NCBI GenBank assembly: GCA_963666215.2 | Contig: CAXWPL010000003.1 | Location: 96,001-160,000 of the forward strand | From: Acidobacteriota bacterium | GTDB lineage: Bacteria > Acidobacteriota > UBA890 > WLXD01 | DNA: 64,000 nucleotides | Direction: 5' to 3' | Shown here: positions 34,582-45,796 of the stretch, piece by piece | Numbering within the stretch: position 1 is the first letter of the stretch | How the letters are laid out: each line of letters opens with the position of its first letter | Position numbers and translations under genes: made by a program | The notes under the pieces: model-generated | What the model was told of the DNA's origin: nothing | Database searches by the model: none | What the model saw: only the letters and a program-made list of their open reading frames with translations

Positions 34582-34943
34582 GTGCTCTGTCCTCGGTGCG
34601 CAGACGAATCGGCGAGAACGCATCAACGCTTCAGTGCCTTGACGCTTCGCGCCGCATGGGCCATCGGCGAGCGCTGCAGACACAATGTTCTCAGCGGCCG
34701 CGGCTGCGGCGCTCGCTCGCCCGGCTCAATTTACACCACCCACCACGAGCGGCGACCGCGCGGTTGTTCCTCACATACCTCGGTGGGATACTCGTCGCAG
34801 CGCCCGTTCCTCAGTCGCAGCCGCCGTCTCGATGGACGGATCGTGCTGTGCTCGAAGCACCCGAACATCCAGAGATTGGCGCACGTGGCGGCAGTGGCCG
34901 CCCGCCGTAGACTCCCGTCCGCCGTAATAGGAGAGCCCTCCCG

Positions 34944-37037
34944 ATGCAGCGATACCGCCTGGCGCTTGCGCTAGCGCTCGTTCTCACAGTGTCCTTTTCT
35001 CCGCTGTCGTACGCCCAAGCCCCCGAAGCCGCCCAGGCGTCGGACCCCGCCGCCGCGAAGCTCCAGATCGACATCTCCCAGATCAAGCTCGAGGTCGGCG
35101 AAACTGCCACAATCACGGCCACCGTCACCGACGCCGACGGCAACGTGATCGAAACGCCCGAGTTGATCTACTTCTCCATGGCGCGCCGCAACGTCGGCAT
35201 CAAGGATGGAGTGATCGAGGCCTACCGGCCGGGCGAAGAGATGCGGATTATCGCGGCCGTGCCGCATGACGGAATGAACTTCCGCGCGCTCCGCAACCCG
35301 GCGGCGATTGCTGCCAACCCGCTGATTCAGATGATTACGGTCACGGTTCCGACGCCGCCCATCGCCGACGTCACCATCAACGACCCACCCGAGCTCTTCT
35401 ACTCCGGCACGCGGGTTGTCCTCGAGACCACCGTGACGGACGCTTCCGGGGCCGAGCGCACCGAAGCGGAGCTGACGTTCGACAGCAGCGACGCGTCGGT
35501 GGCGCGCGTATCGCCGTCGGGAACGCTGAGCCTCCTCGCACCCGGGAACGCCACCATCGTCGCGAAGGCGGGCGACAAGACACATTCGCTGCCCATCGAG
35601 GTGATGGCCAACGGCACCGCGTCAGTCGAGCTAACCGCGTCGGCAGAAGATGCGCGTACCGGCGACGTTGTGCGCTTTTGGGCAACGGCCCGCGATGCGA
35701 ACGGCGGCACCTTGGACAGCATGCCGGTGCAGTACGCCTTCCAGACGCGAACGATCAACCACGAGCTCGGCGATCCCGGCTCAGGAATGATCACTGAGGA
35801 CGGCCGGTTCGTTGCTGACGAGGCAGGTGAGTACACGATCTTCGCGATGGCCGGTGCGCATACCGCCTCGATGACGATCGGCGTGACCAACCGCGACGTG
35901 AAACGCGAGATCGAGATCCTCGGACAGGGCGCCGTGCGCGACCGTGCGACCTCCGATCTATGGGTTTGGGAAGGCCCGGACGGCCGCGACTACGCCGTCA
36001 CCGGCACGCATAACGCCGATGGTCACGCCTATTTCTGGGACGTCACCGATCCGCGCAACATGCAGATCATCGATACGATCCGAGTTGATGCTCGCACCGT
36101 CAACGACGTCAAGGTCAACGAGGAGGGCACTATCGCGGTGATCAGCCGCGAGGGCGCCTCGAATCGCCGCAACGGCCTGGTGATCCTCGACGTCTCGGAC
36201 CTGCAGAACAAGGGCGCCCAGATCCTGTCGCGCTACGACGACGAGCTCACCGGCGGAGTGCACAACGTCTTCGTCTACGAGGACCACGTCTACGCGCTGA
36301 GCGCCGGGCAACGCTACGACATCATCAACATCGAAGACCCGACGGCGCCGCACCGTGTCGGCCGCTTCGAGCTCGACACTCCGGGGCACTCGATTCACGA
36401 CGTGTGGGTTACCGACGGTATCGCCTATTCGTCCAACTGGCTCGACGGCGTGGTGGCGGTTGATATCGGCGGCGGCGACAAGGGCGGCACACCCCGCAGT
36501 CCCGTAATGCTGGGTAAGACGCCCTACCCGAACGGCTGGAACCACGCGGCGTTCCCGTTCCGCAGCAAGTCAACCGGCAAGTTCTACATGATCGGCGGCG
36601 ACGAGGCTGGCGAGCGGGGCGGCACCCCGGGCTACGACGGCGAGCCCCCGCGCATGCAGGGCTGGATCCACATCTTCGAGTGGGACGAGTGGGACAACCC
36701 CACCGAGGTCGCACGCTACCAGGTTCCCGAGGCCGGGACACACAACGTTTGGGTCGACGAAGAGAACGAGATCCTCTACGTCGCCTACTACCAGGGCGGA
36801 CTGCGCGTGGTCGATATCTCTGGAGAGCTGCTGGGCGACCTTTACCGGCAGGGCCGCGAGATTGCCTACTTCTTGCCGTTCGACCCCGACGGATTCGTGC
36901 CCAACGCGCCCTTCACCTGGGGACCGCAGCCGTTCAAAGGCAACATCTTCTTCGCCGACTACCACTCGGGCCTGTGGGCGGTGCGCTTGAAGCCCCGCGA
37001 AGGTGAAGAGGGCGTCGCCGACGGATCCCGCGACTAG
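34944..37037 (+). CDS. Secreted Ig-like (Big_2) domain plus LVIVD beta-propeller protein
   Basis: Signal peptide; SSDASVARV Ig repeat; SDLWVW, VNDVKV, GVHNVF, IHDVWV, THNVWV and GGLRVVDIS motifs; GGAGA RBS. Confidence 0.82.
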   Translation: MQRYRLALALALVLTVSFSPLSYAQAPEAAQASDPAAAKLQIDISQIKLEVGETATITATVTDADGNVIETPELIYFSMARRNVGIKDGVIEAYRPGEEMRIIAAVPHDGMNFRALRNPAAIAANPLIQMITVTVPTPPIADVTINDPPELFYSGTRVVLETTVTDASGAERTEAELTFDSSDASVARVSPSGTLSLLAPGNATIVAKAGDKTHSLPIEVMANGTASVELTASAEDARTGDVVRFWATARDANGGTLDSMPVQYAFQTRTINHELGDPGSGMITEDGRFVADEAGEYTIFAMAGAHTASMTIGVTNRDVKREIEILGQGAVRDRATSDLWVWEGPDGRDYAVTGTHNADGHAYFWDVTDPRNMQIIDTIRVDARTVNDVKVNEEGTIAVISREGASNRRNGLVILDVSDLQNKGAQILSRYDDELTGGVHNVFVYEDHVYALSAGQRYDIINIEDPTAPHRVGRFELDTPGHSIHDVWVTDGIAYSSNWLDGVVAVDIGGGDKGGTPRSPVMLGKTPYPNGWNHAAFPFRSKSTGKFYMIGGDEAGERGGTPGYDGEPPRMQGWIHIFEWDEWDNPTEVARYQVPEAGTHNVWVDEENEILYVAYYQGGLRVVDISGELLGDLYRQGREIAYFLPFDPDGFVPNAPFTWGPQPFKGNIFFADYHSGLWAVRLKPREGEEGVADGSRD

Positions 37038-37104
37038 ACAGCACACTCACGCCGAGGCACCGCCGGGCCAGAGCAACGTACAACCGGAAAGCTTGGAGGA
37101 CTCG

Positions 37105-38307
37105 ATGAACACTCACGCATCGAGGCGCACACTGCCAGGGTTGCTGGCAGTGGCGCTCGTAGCATCGGTGGGAATCGGCGCGGCTGGCGGCTACGAGGTA
37201 GTCGGCGCGCAAGAGCGCACCTACTACCTTTACGTCGCCGCGGAGTCGGAGGACGTGGTCGAGAAGATCTCCTTCGGGCCGGGCGGCTTCCAGAAAATCG
37301 CGAGCATCCCCGTCGGGGTGTTTCCGACCGAAACCGAAGGCCCGCACGGGCTGGCGGTGTCGCCCGACGGTGAGTACTGGTTCGTTACCGTGGCGCACGG
37401 TAACCCGTTCGGCATTCTGTTCAAGTACGACACCGCCACCGACACCTACCAAGGCGATGTCAAGCTCGGGCTGTTCCCTGCGACGATCTCGATTTCGCCG
37501 AGCACCGGCCTGCTGTTCGCTGCCAACTTCAATCTGCACGGCGATCACGTGCCGAGCTCGGTGTCGGTGGTCGAAACCGAGACGATGACCGAGGTGGCGC
37601 AGATTCCCACCGGGGTCATGCCGCACGGCTCGCGCATGAACAAGGCGGGCTCCAAGCAGTACAGCGTTGCGATGATGAGCGACGAGCTGCGCGAGATCGA
37701 CGTCTACCGCATGGAGACGTCGCGCGTCTTGCCGCTGTCGGAGAACGCTCCCTCCTGGATGCACTACCAGGAGCATGGCAATGGGCTCATGGACGAAAAC
37801 ATGAGCGACCATAGCGGGATGGGTCATGGCGCCATGGCCGGCGGTTCGCACGAGGCCATGAAGCCGCCGATCATCAAGCCGACCTGGGCCAGCCCACCGA
37901 CGCCACAGGGCAAGATCTACGTCGCCGGCAACGGCTCGGCCAGGATCCTCGAGGTCGATCTCGAAAGCTGGAAGGTCACTCGAACGTTCGAAAACACGTC
38001 GAAGGGCCCCTACAATCTCGACGTCACGTCCGACGGCAAGCAGCTCGCGGTTACCTACAAGAGTGATAAGGCCGTCGGCATCTGGGATCTCGAGCTCGGC
38101 GAGGAAACCGCGAACATTCCGACGCTGCGGCCCATCCCACACGGCATGGTGATCTCGCCCGACAACCGCTACGCCTTCGCGTCCATCGAGGGCATCGGCG
38201 GCGAGCCCGGCTCGGTGGAGGCCTACGATATGCAGACCGGCGAGCGCGTCGGCAACATCGACCTCGCCAAGCAGGCCGGCGGCATTGTCGTCTGGAAGAT
38301 GCAGTAG
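37105..38307 (+). CDS. YncE/YVTN-family beta-propeller protein with His/Met-rich loop
   Basis: EGPHGLAVSPDG, MPHG, GPYNLDVTSDG and IPHGMVISPD motifs; GGAGG RBS; signal peptide. Confidence 0.85.
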   Translation: MNTHASRRTLPGLLAVALVASVGIGAAGGYEVVGAQERTYYLYVAAESEDVVEKISFGPGGFQKIASIPVGVFPTETEGPHGLAVSPDGEYWFVTVAHGNPFGILFKYDTATDTYQGDVKLGLFPATISISPSTGLLFAANFNLHGDHVPSSVSVVETETMTEVAQIPTGVMPHGSRMNKAGSKQYSVAMMSDELREIDVYRMETSRVLPLSENAPSWMHYQEHGNGLMDENMSDHSGMGHGAMAGGSHEAMKPPIIKPTWASPPTPQGKIYVAGNGSARILEVDLESWKVTRTFENTSKGPYNLDVTSDGKQLAVTYKSDKAVGIWDLELGEETANIPTLRPIPHGMVISPDNRYAFASIEGIGGEPGSVEAYDMQTGERVGNIDLAKQAGGIVVWKMQ

Positions 38308-38481
38308 GGCGGCTTTTGGAACTTGCGGTACCGGGCAATCCTCTAGAGCAGACGCCGCCGCTTCGCCACCCTGGTCGGCTGCAGGCCCCACGAACTCGCC
38401 TCGTTCTGGGCGAGCGTGAGTCCTACGCCGTCGACGTCGGGCGCTCGGCGCGTTCCTGCAGCGTTGGCCAGGGGCTCGGTC

Positions 38482-38955
38482 ATGACACTCCAGTACCGCG
38501 AAATGCGAGCTGACGAGGCGGACGCCGTGGCCTCGATGGTTGCTGAGTGCTTCGACCGTTACGTGGGGTCCGATTTCTCCGCCGAAGGGAGAGCGGAATT
38601 CCGGCGCTTCTCCTCGGCGGCGACCATCGCTGGACGCATGCACGACCACTGGCTCCTCATGGCCCTTGGGCCTTCGCAGGAAGTGGCGGGCGTGATCGAG
38701 ATCCGCGCGCTCCGGCACGTGTCGTTGCTGTTTGTCGCCGAGAGTTTTCAACGACGGGGCATCGCTGCCGAGCTCATGAAGCGAGCGCTCGCCAGAATCG
38801 CGGTTGAGGACCCCAGCCTTCGGGAGGTAACCGTGAACTCGTCGCTCTTTGCTGTAAGGGCCTACGAACGCTTCGGCTTTGTCGCCGACGGCCCCGAGCA
38901 GGTCACGAAGGGCATCCGCTTCGTGCCGATGCGCCGCGCTGTGGCGAAACCGTAG
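38482..38955 (+). CDS. GNAT family N-acetyltransferase
   Basis: LLFVAESFQRRGIA and VTVNSSLFAVRAYERFGF motifs. Confidence 0.88.
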   Translation: MTLQYREMRADEADAVASMVAECFDRYVGSDFSAEGRAEFRRFSSAATIAGRMHDHWLLMALGPSQEVAGVIEIRALRHVSLLFVAESFQRRGIAAELMKRALARIAVEDPSLREVTVNSSLFAVRAYERFGFVADGPEQVTKGIRFVPMRRAVAKP

Positions 38956-39038
38956 GCGTCTTAGCGTCGAGTCGGGCAACGCGCCGCATCCGAGTCGTCG
39001 ACGCCCGCGTGCTTCTTGCCGCCCCTCGCGAAGCGGCG

Positions 39039-40857
39039 CTAGGGCTGCTTCCAGTTAGTAATCCGAAGCTGGTACAGGCGCGGCGTATCGGGCGGCAGCA
39101 GCCCAGGCGTCAACAGGTCGTTGTCGAACTGAAAGTCGCGAGTTGGAATCCTGTAGTACCAGCAGCACTGGAACTGCGAGTCGGCCCACACGCTCTCCCA
39201 CAGAACGACAGAGCTGCCACGCCACGTGACGGTGTACGGCGAAGAGGGACGCCAGTTCTCGAGCATGCGCATGATGTTCTGCGGACCGCCGTTGCTGCCG
39301 GACGGGGTGGTCTCCATCATCCCGGTCATCATCGAGAAGTTGTAGGTGGTGCTCAGCGGTCTGCGATTCGACATGGAAAGCGAGCTGTACCCCAGGTCGT
39401 CATCCGGCTGGCTGCCCGGTATGTTTCCGCTGGCGTTCTTACGACCCCACCGCCTACTCAGGATGGTGACGGCATCTGCGATGATCGCCGTCGGTTGTTT
39501 CTGACTCGTGTTGTAGTTGCCGCGCACGTATGCGGGGTTGTCGGTCGCCACCGTCAGCGGCCCAGCCAACTCCTCCGCGTTCGCCAACTTGACGGCGAAG
39601 TCGGTATCGCCACCGTTGTAGTGAGCGGCGTACGGAGCCCAGGCCGCTGGCCACGCGGTGGTTGTCCAGTTGCTTCCGTCCCAGAAGGGAATGCCCCACG
39701 TCGGCATCGTGCCGCCCGGCTGCCCCATGGCGACGTACACCGTCCCACCGCCAGCTGGCCACGCAGGGGAACGGCCGAGCTTCTCGAGATCAATCTCGAG
39801 TGTCAGCATTTCGTGACCTTCACGCTGGTCCAAGATCACGGTCGGGCGGATCGCACTCTCACCGGTTATCGGGTCGATCGTCGACACGACGTTGCCGGCG
39901 GCGTCGGTGGGCACGCCGTTGAGGATGAACACATCCGCTTTGTAGGCGAACTTCACCCGCCGCTCGGCGGCGGAGTCGCTCACCTCAGGTGGCTCGATGA
40001 GCACCCGCGGATGGCTCGGATCGGGCAGCGGAAGATGCAACGGCTTGACGCCGTGCGCGCCCGAGCGCAGGTTGCCGTCCCACCGCGCGAGCGAATCCGT
40101 GTACCAATCCGGGCTCGCGGACACCAGCGACCCCATCGCCACAAAGTTGCCGTCGGCATCGCGGAACTGCCGGACACCGCCGCCGTAGCCCTGGAAGGTG
40201 TCGTAGTTGTAGACCTCGCCTACGGCGGTCACCACCCCGTCGAATCGCAACGGGTTCGAATGCGGCCAGTCGTTGGCGTACAGGTCGGCGTTCGTATGCA
40301 CACGACCCGTTATGGTCATGGGGCTACCGGGATTGAACGCCAGATCGTCGTCGAAAAACAGTGCGAACTGGAAGATCGGAATCAGATCCAGCAGCGCCGA
40401 CATCTCGACGGTGGATTTGCCGAACGGGAAGCTCGACGTTTCGCTCGTCACGGCCGCATGGAAAGGCTTCGTGAAGGCCGTGAGTCCCTGGTAGAGGCCG
40501 GTCTGAATCGGCTCGACGACCTCTGCGCCGGTCTCGGCCACACTTACGACGCTGTGATTGACTCCGTGCGTAACCGGCAGGGTGATCGAAGCGAGCTCCG
40601 ACGATGTGGGGAACCCACCGTTCTGTTCCGACAAGCTGAATCACGCGATCGTAGGCGGCGTGCACAGCACCATCGGCGGCGTAGAAGGCACGCTGCGTAG
40701 CCTCGTAGCTACCGGCGATCTCGACCGTATCTCCTGCGTCTCGCGACATCGAGAGCGCCAGCACGCTGATCATCACGGTAACCAGAAGCACCGCCAGCAG
40801 GGCGCCGCCACGCTCGCCATGCGAGCCACGCTCATGCTTGGTACGCCGCCTGCTCAC
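39039..40857 (-). CDS. PilX-like type IV pilus assembly protein (frameshift near 40636)
   Basis: ERGGALLAVLLV...AFYAADGAV N-terminus; continues in another frame with PIFQFALF, GRVHTN, VYVRGNYN-like and MLENW segments; GTG overlaps the upstream stop. Confidence 0.75.
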
Positions 40858-41723
40858 GACACGAGTCCAATAACGCGCGGCGAGACTCTCATCCGCAAGG
40901 CGACCTCCGGATGGTTCCCGGTATCCAGGCGCGCCACCGCCGACCGCAGTCGCACATCGAACTCGACCGTCCGGATGCGCAGCTGATCTACGGCGCTCGA
41001 AGGTGTGAAAACAACCTGCGGATCGCTGTTGTCGAAGTACCGCAGCTGAAACATCAGCACGCCCACCGCGAGCGGTTGAGCAGCATCGCCGTTCACCTGC
41101 CGCCACAGCGTCGGTACACCGGTAGAACTGTCATTCCAGTAGGTCACTTGCCGGATCGCGGAGATGACCGAGGAATTGGCGACCGTGTACTCGGCTGCGA
41201 GTCCCTCCTCGAGCTTCAAGCGAACCGGCCCTGGCGGCAATGCCGCTATGCGGCCAATCTCATAGTTGCCGGTGGCGTCGTAGATGGCGATCGGATCGCC
41301 CACAACGAAGCCCGAAACCGAATCGGGGTACACCCAGAACGCAGAGGCGCTGCTGTCCTGCGTGAGGAAGCCTGTCGGCCCCCCGGGGTTGCTGCGAATC
41401 TCGATCCGATTCGTGCCGGTCGGAACAATCAGCGGCATCGGTGCTACGAGGCCGGCGAACCCCACGCCGGCCACGCGCAGGTCTCGCTGCAGCCAATGGA
41501 TCGCCGAGCGGGCCGCCTGATCGATGTCGGCGCGGTTTCGAGCATCGGCGTCGGCGGACTGCACGGAAGACAACATCGTCATGCCGGCCGACGAGATCAG
41601 CGAGATCAGAAGGATCGCGACCAGCATCTCGACCAGCGAGAATCCTCGATCAAGCCTCGCGTTCGGCCGCTCGCCAGCCTGAGGACGCACCGCGCGCCCC
41701 GATGATGTCGACGCCACCATCAT
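40854..41723 (-). CDS. PilW-like minor pilin
   Basis: RGFSLVEMLVAI prepilin cleavage/methylation motif; LQRDLRVAG. Confidence 0.85.
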   Translation of the reverse strand: MMVASTSSGRAVRPQAGERPNARLDRGFSLVEMLVAILLISLISSAGMTMLSSVQSADADARNRADIDQAARSAIHWLQRDLRVAGVGFAGLVAPMPLIVPTGTNRIEIRSNPGGPTGFLTQDSSASAFWVYPDSVSGFVVGDPIAIYDATGNYEIGRIAALPPGPVRLKLEEGLAAEYTVANSSVISAIRQVTYWNDSSTGVPTLWRQVNGDAAQPLAVGVLMFQLRYFDNSDPQVVFTPSSAVDQLRIRTVEFDVRLRSAVARLDTGNHPEVALRMRVSPRVIGLVS

Positions 41724-42139
41724 TCCGACTTCTTTCGATACGTCTCGAGCCTCACTTCGCGAGCCGACGCCACCGTCGTCGATCGCCAACCCGAGACCAC
41801 CGTAATGTGGATGAACTGGTAGTTGTCTTCGACGATTTCCCAGCGCACGTAGCGATCCGGATCGCCTTCGTATGGATCGGTCGAGTAACCGCTCACCGAT
41901 GAGGTCGTGCTGCCGCCGGGCTGCATCGCCAACGACTCGAACGTCTGACCCAGCAGCGCCTCCATCCGCTCGGTTGCGGCGACCGTCTGCTCGCTGGTCT
42001 CTCGCGCCACCGACGACGTCAGGAGCGAGCTCAGCACCAACCCGCTGATTGTCACGGCAACGGTACCGACCAACACCAGCGAGACGATCGACTCCACGAG
42101 CGTGAAACCTCGATCGTCCCAACGAGTCGAAACGCACAA
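41720..42139 (-). CDS. PilV-like minor pilin
   Basis: RGFTLVESIVSLV prepilin motif; AATERMEAL. Confidence 0.82.
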   Translation of the reverse strand: MCVSTRWDDRGFTLVESIVSLVLVGTVAVTISGLVLSSLLTSSVARETSEQTVAATERMEALLGQTFESLAMQPGGSTTSSVSGYSTDPYEGDPDRYVRWEIVEDNYQFIHITVVSGWRSTTVASAREVRLETYRKKSE

Positions 42140-42536
42140 GATTCTACCCAGTGTTCAATGGAGGCCGGTGGGGATCCCGACCTACGAGAGACGTGTTCTC
42201 GAAGTAGTGACCATCAAGATAGCTGGCGCCACTTGGTCGACAGAAGCACAATCGGCACACTTGCCGGCGGCTCCGTACCCGGCCGGCTCTTGGCGGACAG
42301 CACCGGTCGGCTACCGACAAGACCGGTCCTCGTAGCGTTTTTTGCGGCCAGCCCAGGCGACGACTCTGGCGCTCTGGGCGAGCGAGCCACTTCCGCGGAC
42401 CCGCGGCGCCGCGACGGATAGCCCACCGTCCGCGCCAGGTCGACAGAAACCTCCGGCTCGTTCGTGCAAGAGGCGCCCAAAACGCGAGGCTAGCGCCTGC
42501 CCAGATGTCGAAGTCGGGAGACGATTCCCTTCCGAA

Positions 42537-45500
42537 TCACTCGCTGCCGGGGCGTTCTTTCTGCGAAACGGGGACCAACGGCTTCTCTCTTGTCTCTTCG
42601 CCGCTCGACGACCCGTCGCCCGCGTCACCGGCTTTGTCGGCGGCCCGCGCTTTCTGGGCCTCGTCGACCTGTTCGGCGATGGCGCGCGCCCGCGCCTTCA
42701 GATGGTCCTCGACCTCCAGATACGGCACTCCCTCTTGCAGCCACCCGGGCATGCCGAGGTCGCGCAGGTGGTGGTCGAAGTACTCGCGCATCCGAACCGT
42801 GTAGTCCTTGCGGTTCGACGGCTTGCGCAGGCCGTGGTTTTCACCAACGTACTGCAGCATGACGACGTCCTTGTCGAGACGGCGCAGGGTGTTGTAGTAC
42901 TCCACGCCCTGAGTGAAATCGACGGCGCCGTCCTTATCGTTGTGCAGCAGCATGAGGGGCGAGGTGACGTTCTTGGCGTGGTACACGGGCGAGTTGCGCA
43001 CGTAGGCCTCGGGAACCTCCCACGGGCCACCGGTGAAGCGGCCCTGACTGCTCTCGAAGATGGCGCCGTTGCCACCGCCGCTGTTCTTGTAGATCAAGCT
43101 GTACATGCTGATCATGTTGGTGAGCGGCGCGCCGGCGATCGCGGCACGGAAGCGATCGGTTTGGGTGACCAAGAACGACGTCTGGTAGCCGCCCCACGAA
43201 TGCCCGTGCAGCCCCACCGCCGCGGCGTCCACGATGCCGGTCGCAACAGCCGCGTCGAGCGCCGGTAGCACACACCACACGGCCGACATCCCCGGATCAT
43301 CCACCTGATAGACGATGTCGGGCATGAACACCGCGTAGCCGTTGCTGGTGTAGACCGACTTGTTGAAGCCGCCGGCCGTAGGCGCCGCGTAGCGGTTGAG
43401 ACCCTGCGACAGCTTCTCGTAGATGTAGACCACGGTCGGATAGGCCTTGCCTGGCTCGTAGTCCGCCGGTAAGAACAGCGCGCCCTGCAGCTTGTCGCCC
43501 TTGGCGCTGGTGTAGTCGACCAGGCGGGTCCCAGCCGACCACGCGAAATCCGCCTGCTGCGAGTTGGCGTCGGTGAGTCGACGACCATCGGCGAGGCTGG
43601 CGTCGGCCACATAGAGGTCAGGAAAGTCCTCATGTGTCTGACGACTGAAGAGGAAGCGGTCGGCACTCTCCGCTTTCAGGAGATTACCGAACGCGGCATC
43701 GTCCCAGAGCAACGTTTCGGTGGCGCTTCGTGTGGCGTCGACACGCGCGATGCCGCCCTTCTTGGTCCACTCGCCGTACGCCGTCACGTACAGCGGCGCT
43801 GACAGATCGATGCCCTCGCTGGCGCGACGGTCGGGGTCGAGTCGGAACGGCCGGCCATAGCGGATCTGCTGCTCGCGGCCGTTGGCTGTCAGGTTAACAC
43901 CCTCACCGCCTTCCGCCGGGATCTTCCAGATGTCCCAACCGTCCGACAGCAACAACTCCTGGCCGTCGGCGCTCCAGCCGAGGCCGAACGGGTTGATCGG
44001 AGGCATCACGACGTTGTGGTCGTCGTCCTCGTTCCAGAACTTCACCGGCAGGCCAGCGGTGACGTTGTGCGACGTGCCGCTGGTCATGTCGTAGGTGTGG
44101 AAGTCGCCGTCGCGGAAGTACAGGAAGTGAGTACCGGAGGGTGAAGGCTGGAATAACCAGCGCACCTGCTCGAGAGCCAGCGCCCGCTCACCGGTGCGCA
44201 TGTCGACCACCCACACGTCGTCGTAGCGACGCCCGTCGAGGTTGCCGACGCGCTCATACTCGTCGTTGTCTCGCGCGATTCCGAAGCGCTGCTTCGGCGC
44301 CGGGTCGACGTTGCGAACTTCGTCGTCAGCGAGGCGCAGGAAGCTCTCCTCGGCGACGCGATACACGCTCAGGTAACCGAAAGCCCGATCGCGCTCTTGC
44401 TGCACCTGCTGCCGCGACTGAAGGCGCCTGTCGCGCCAGTGCCAGATGACGAGGTCGGCTGGATCGAGATCCTCGTCCGCGATCCGGCCAGCGTCCGCAG
44501 GCCCGCCTTTCCCTGGCGAGTCGCCGCGTTGGGGACGCTCGACGTCTTGTCCTTCGTGGCCGTCGCCGTCGTCACTGCCGATCAAGGTGTTGTTCGCCTT
44601 GTTCTCCGGGTCGGCCTTCGCCTCCTCGGTGAGCTCGGCCTCGTCGATCCGAAAAAGCAAGGCGTCGCGATCGTCGCTCCATGACGGGGCGTGGTTCGGG
44701 TTGATGGTCATACCAGCGGGGAGGGTGTCGGCCCAGCGCTCGTCGTGAGGGTCGAAGACGGTCAGCGCCGGTTGGGCTGCACCTGACTGAAGCACCCGAT
44801 CCAGCTGTTGAACACCGAGCACGGAGACCAGATCTTCCTCGTGCCGGTCGCTCTCGGTGCCACGCAAGACGGCGAGCGCGTCACCTTCCTCGGTCCAGCT
44901 GATGTGCCTGTAAATCGCCTCGGCCGAGTCAATCGGCAGAACTCGCCCCGATGACAGATGGCGCAGCTGCAGCCCGTTGCCGGCGCGGCCGCGCGTGTCG
45001 AGCGCCACCGCCAGCCACTCACCGGCGTCGTTGAAGGCGTATTCGGAAACGTTGCCGACGCTCATCGTTGTGCCGTCCGCGAGGCGCCTCAGGTGCAGGT
45101 CGGAGCCGCTCCACTTGTCGGCCTCCTTCTGCTGGCTCTCCGGAACCGCCCGGTGGACCGCGAGCCACTCGTCGCCGTTGCGGTGTCCCGATAAGGCGAA
45201 GGGGCGCGCTGGAGAGCCCGAGCCTTCGGAGGCGCGGACTTGTTCGATTTCGGTCATCTCGCCAGTGCTCAGGTCGACGAGGCCAACCGTGTCGTACAGC
45301 TTGGCCTTCGACTTGCGGGCCTGCTTGGCCGCGGCCCGGTTGGGCTTGATGGTCAGTGCCAGCCACTTCGAGTCGGCGGAGAACGCCAGGCGAGCGCTAG
45401 CGAAGCCCTGCATCTCACCGGCCGCGAAACGGTACTCGGTGTCGACGCTGGTGGCGCGGACGACAACTTCGGAGTCGCCCTCGGTGGGGCTCAGTACATA

Positions 45501-45710
45501 GGCGAGCCAGGCGCCATCATCGGACAGCGCACGAGAACCGATGCGCTTCCAATCGAGGATGTCCGGAAGCTCGATCGGGCGCTTGTCTTGCGCCACGGAG
45601 ATGGGTGTTGCTCGCGACAGCAAGGGCACCGACGCGGCGGACACCACGGAGCTCGCCGATGCCAGCAGCAGCGCTAAGAGGAGGGCGGTCACGGGTAATG
45701 GACGCTTCAT
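42537..45710 (-). CDS. S9 family (prolyl oligopeptidase-like) secreted serine peptidase
   Basis: GHSWGGY nucleophile, DGAVD, GENHGL; N-terminal beta-propeller; signal peptide. Confidence 0.92.
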   Translation of the reverse strand: MKRPLPVTALLLALLLASASSVVSAASVPLLSRATPISVAQDKRPIELPDILDWKRIGSRALSDDGAWLAYVLSPTEGDSEVVVRATSVDTEYRFAAGEMQGFASARLAFSADSKWLALTIKPNRAAAKQARKSKAKLYDTVGLVDLSTGEMTEIEQVRASEGSGSPARPFALSGHRNGDEWLAVHRAVPESQQKEADKWSGSDLHLRRLADGTTMSVGNVSEYAFNDAGEWLAVALDTRGRAGNGLQLRHLSSGRVLPIDSAEAIYRHISWTEEGDALAVLRGTESDRHEEDLVSVLGVQQLDRVLQSGAAQPALTVFDPHDERWADTLPAGMTINPNHAPSWSDDRDALLFRIDEAELTEEAKADPENKANNTLIGSDDGDGHEGQDVERPQRGDSPGKGGPADAGRIADEDLDPADLVIWHWRDRRLQSRQQVQQERDRAFGYLSVYRVAEESFLRLADDEVRNVDPAPKQRFGIARDNDEYERVGNLDGRRYDDVWVVDMRTGERALALEQVRWLFQPSPSGTHFLYFRDGDFHTYDMTSGTSHNVTAGLPVKFWNEDDDHNVVMPPINPFGLGWSADGQELLLSDGWDIWKIPAEGGEGVNLTANGREQQIRYGRPFRLDPDRRASEGIDLSAPLYVTAYGEWTKKGGIARVDATRSATETLLWDDAAFGNLLKAESADRFLFSRQTHEDFPDLYVADASLADGRRLTDANSQQADFAWSAGTRLVDYTSAKGDKLQGALFLPADYEPGKAYPTVVYIYEKLSQGLNRYAAPTAGGFNKSVYTSNGYAVFMPDIVYQVDDPGMSAVWCVLPALDAAVATGIVDAAAVGLHGHSWGGYQTSFLVTQTDRFRAAIAGAPLTNMISMYSLIYKNSGGGNGAIFESSQGRFTGGPWEVPEAYVRNSPVYHAKNVTSPLMLLHNDKDGAVDFTQGVEYYNTLRRLDKDVVMLQYVGENHGLRKPSNRKDYTVRMREYFDHHLRDLGMPGWLQEGVPYLEVEDHLKARARAIAEQVDEAQKARAADKAGDAGDGSSSGEETREKPLVPVSQKERPGSE

Positions 45711-45796
45711 GGCGGGTTCCTCGAGTTCGATCGTTTGTAGCGGGCTCCACGAGCCCGGGGCTCCAACTCTGGCGTGGCGGGCGGCGTACGTCGGTC

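Noticed and set aside
36934-40700. Long antisense ORFs (e.g. 8958-10733, 36934-38979, 39009-40700, 53365-55101)
   Set aside because: Shadow ORFs opposite well-supported genes in high-GC DNA, with no recognisable motifs.
42140-42536. c-di-GMP riboswitch or sigma54 promoter upstream of the pilin cassette
   Set aside because: No GEMM consensus seen. The best GG..GC candidate has 9-nt rather than 10-nt spacing.
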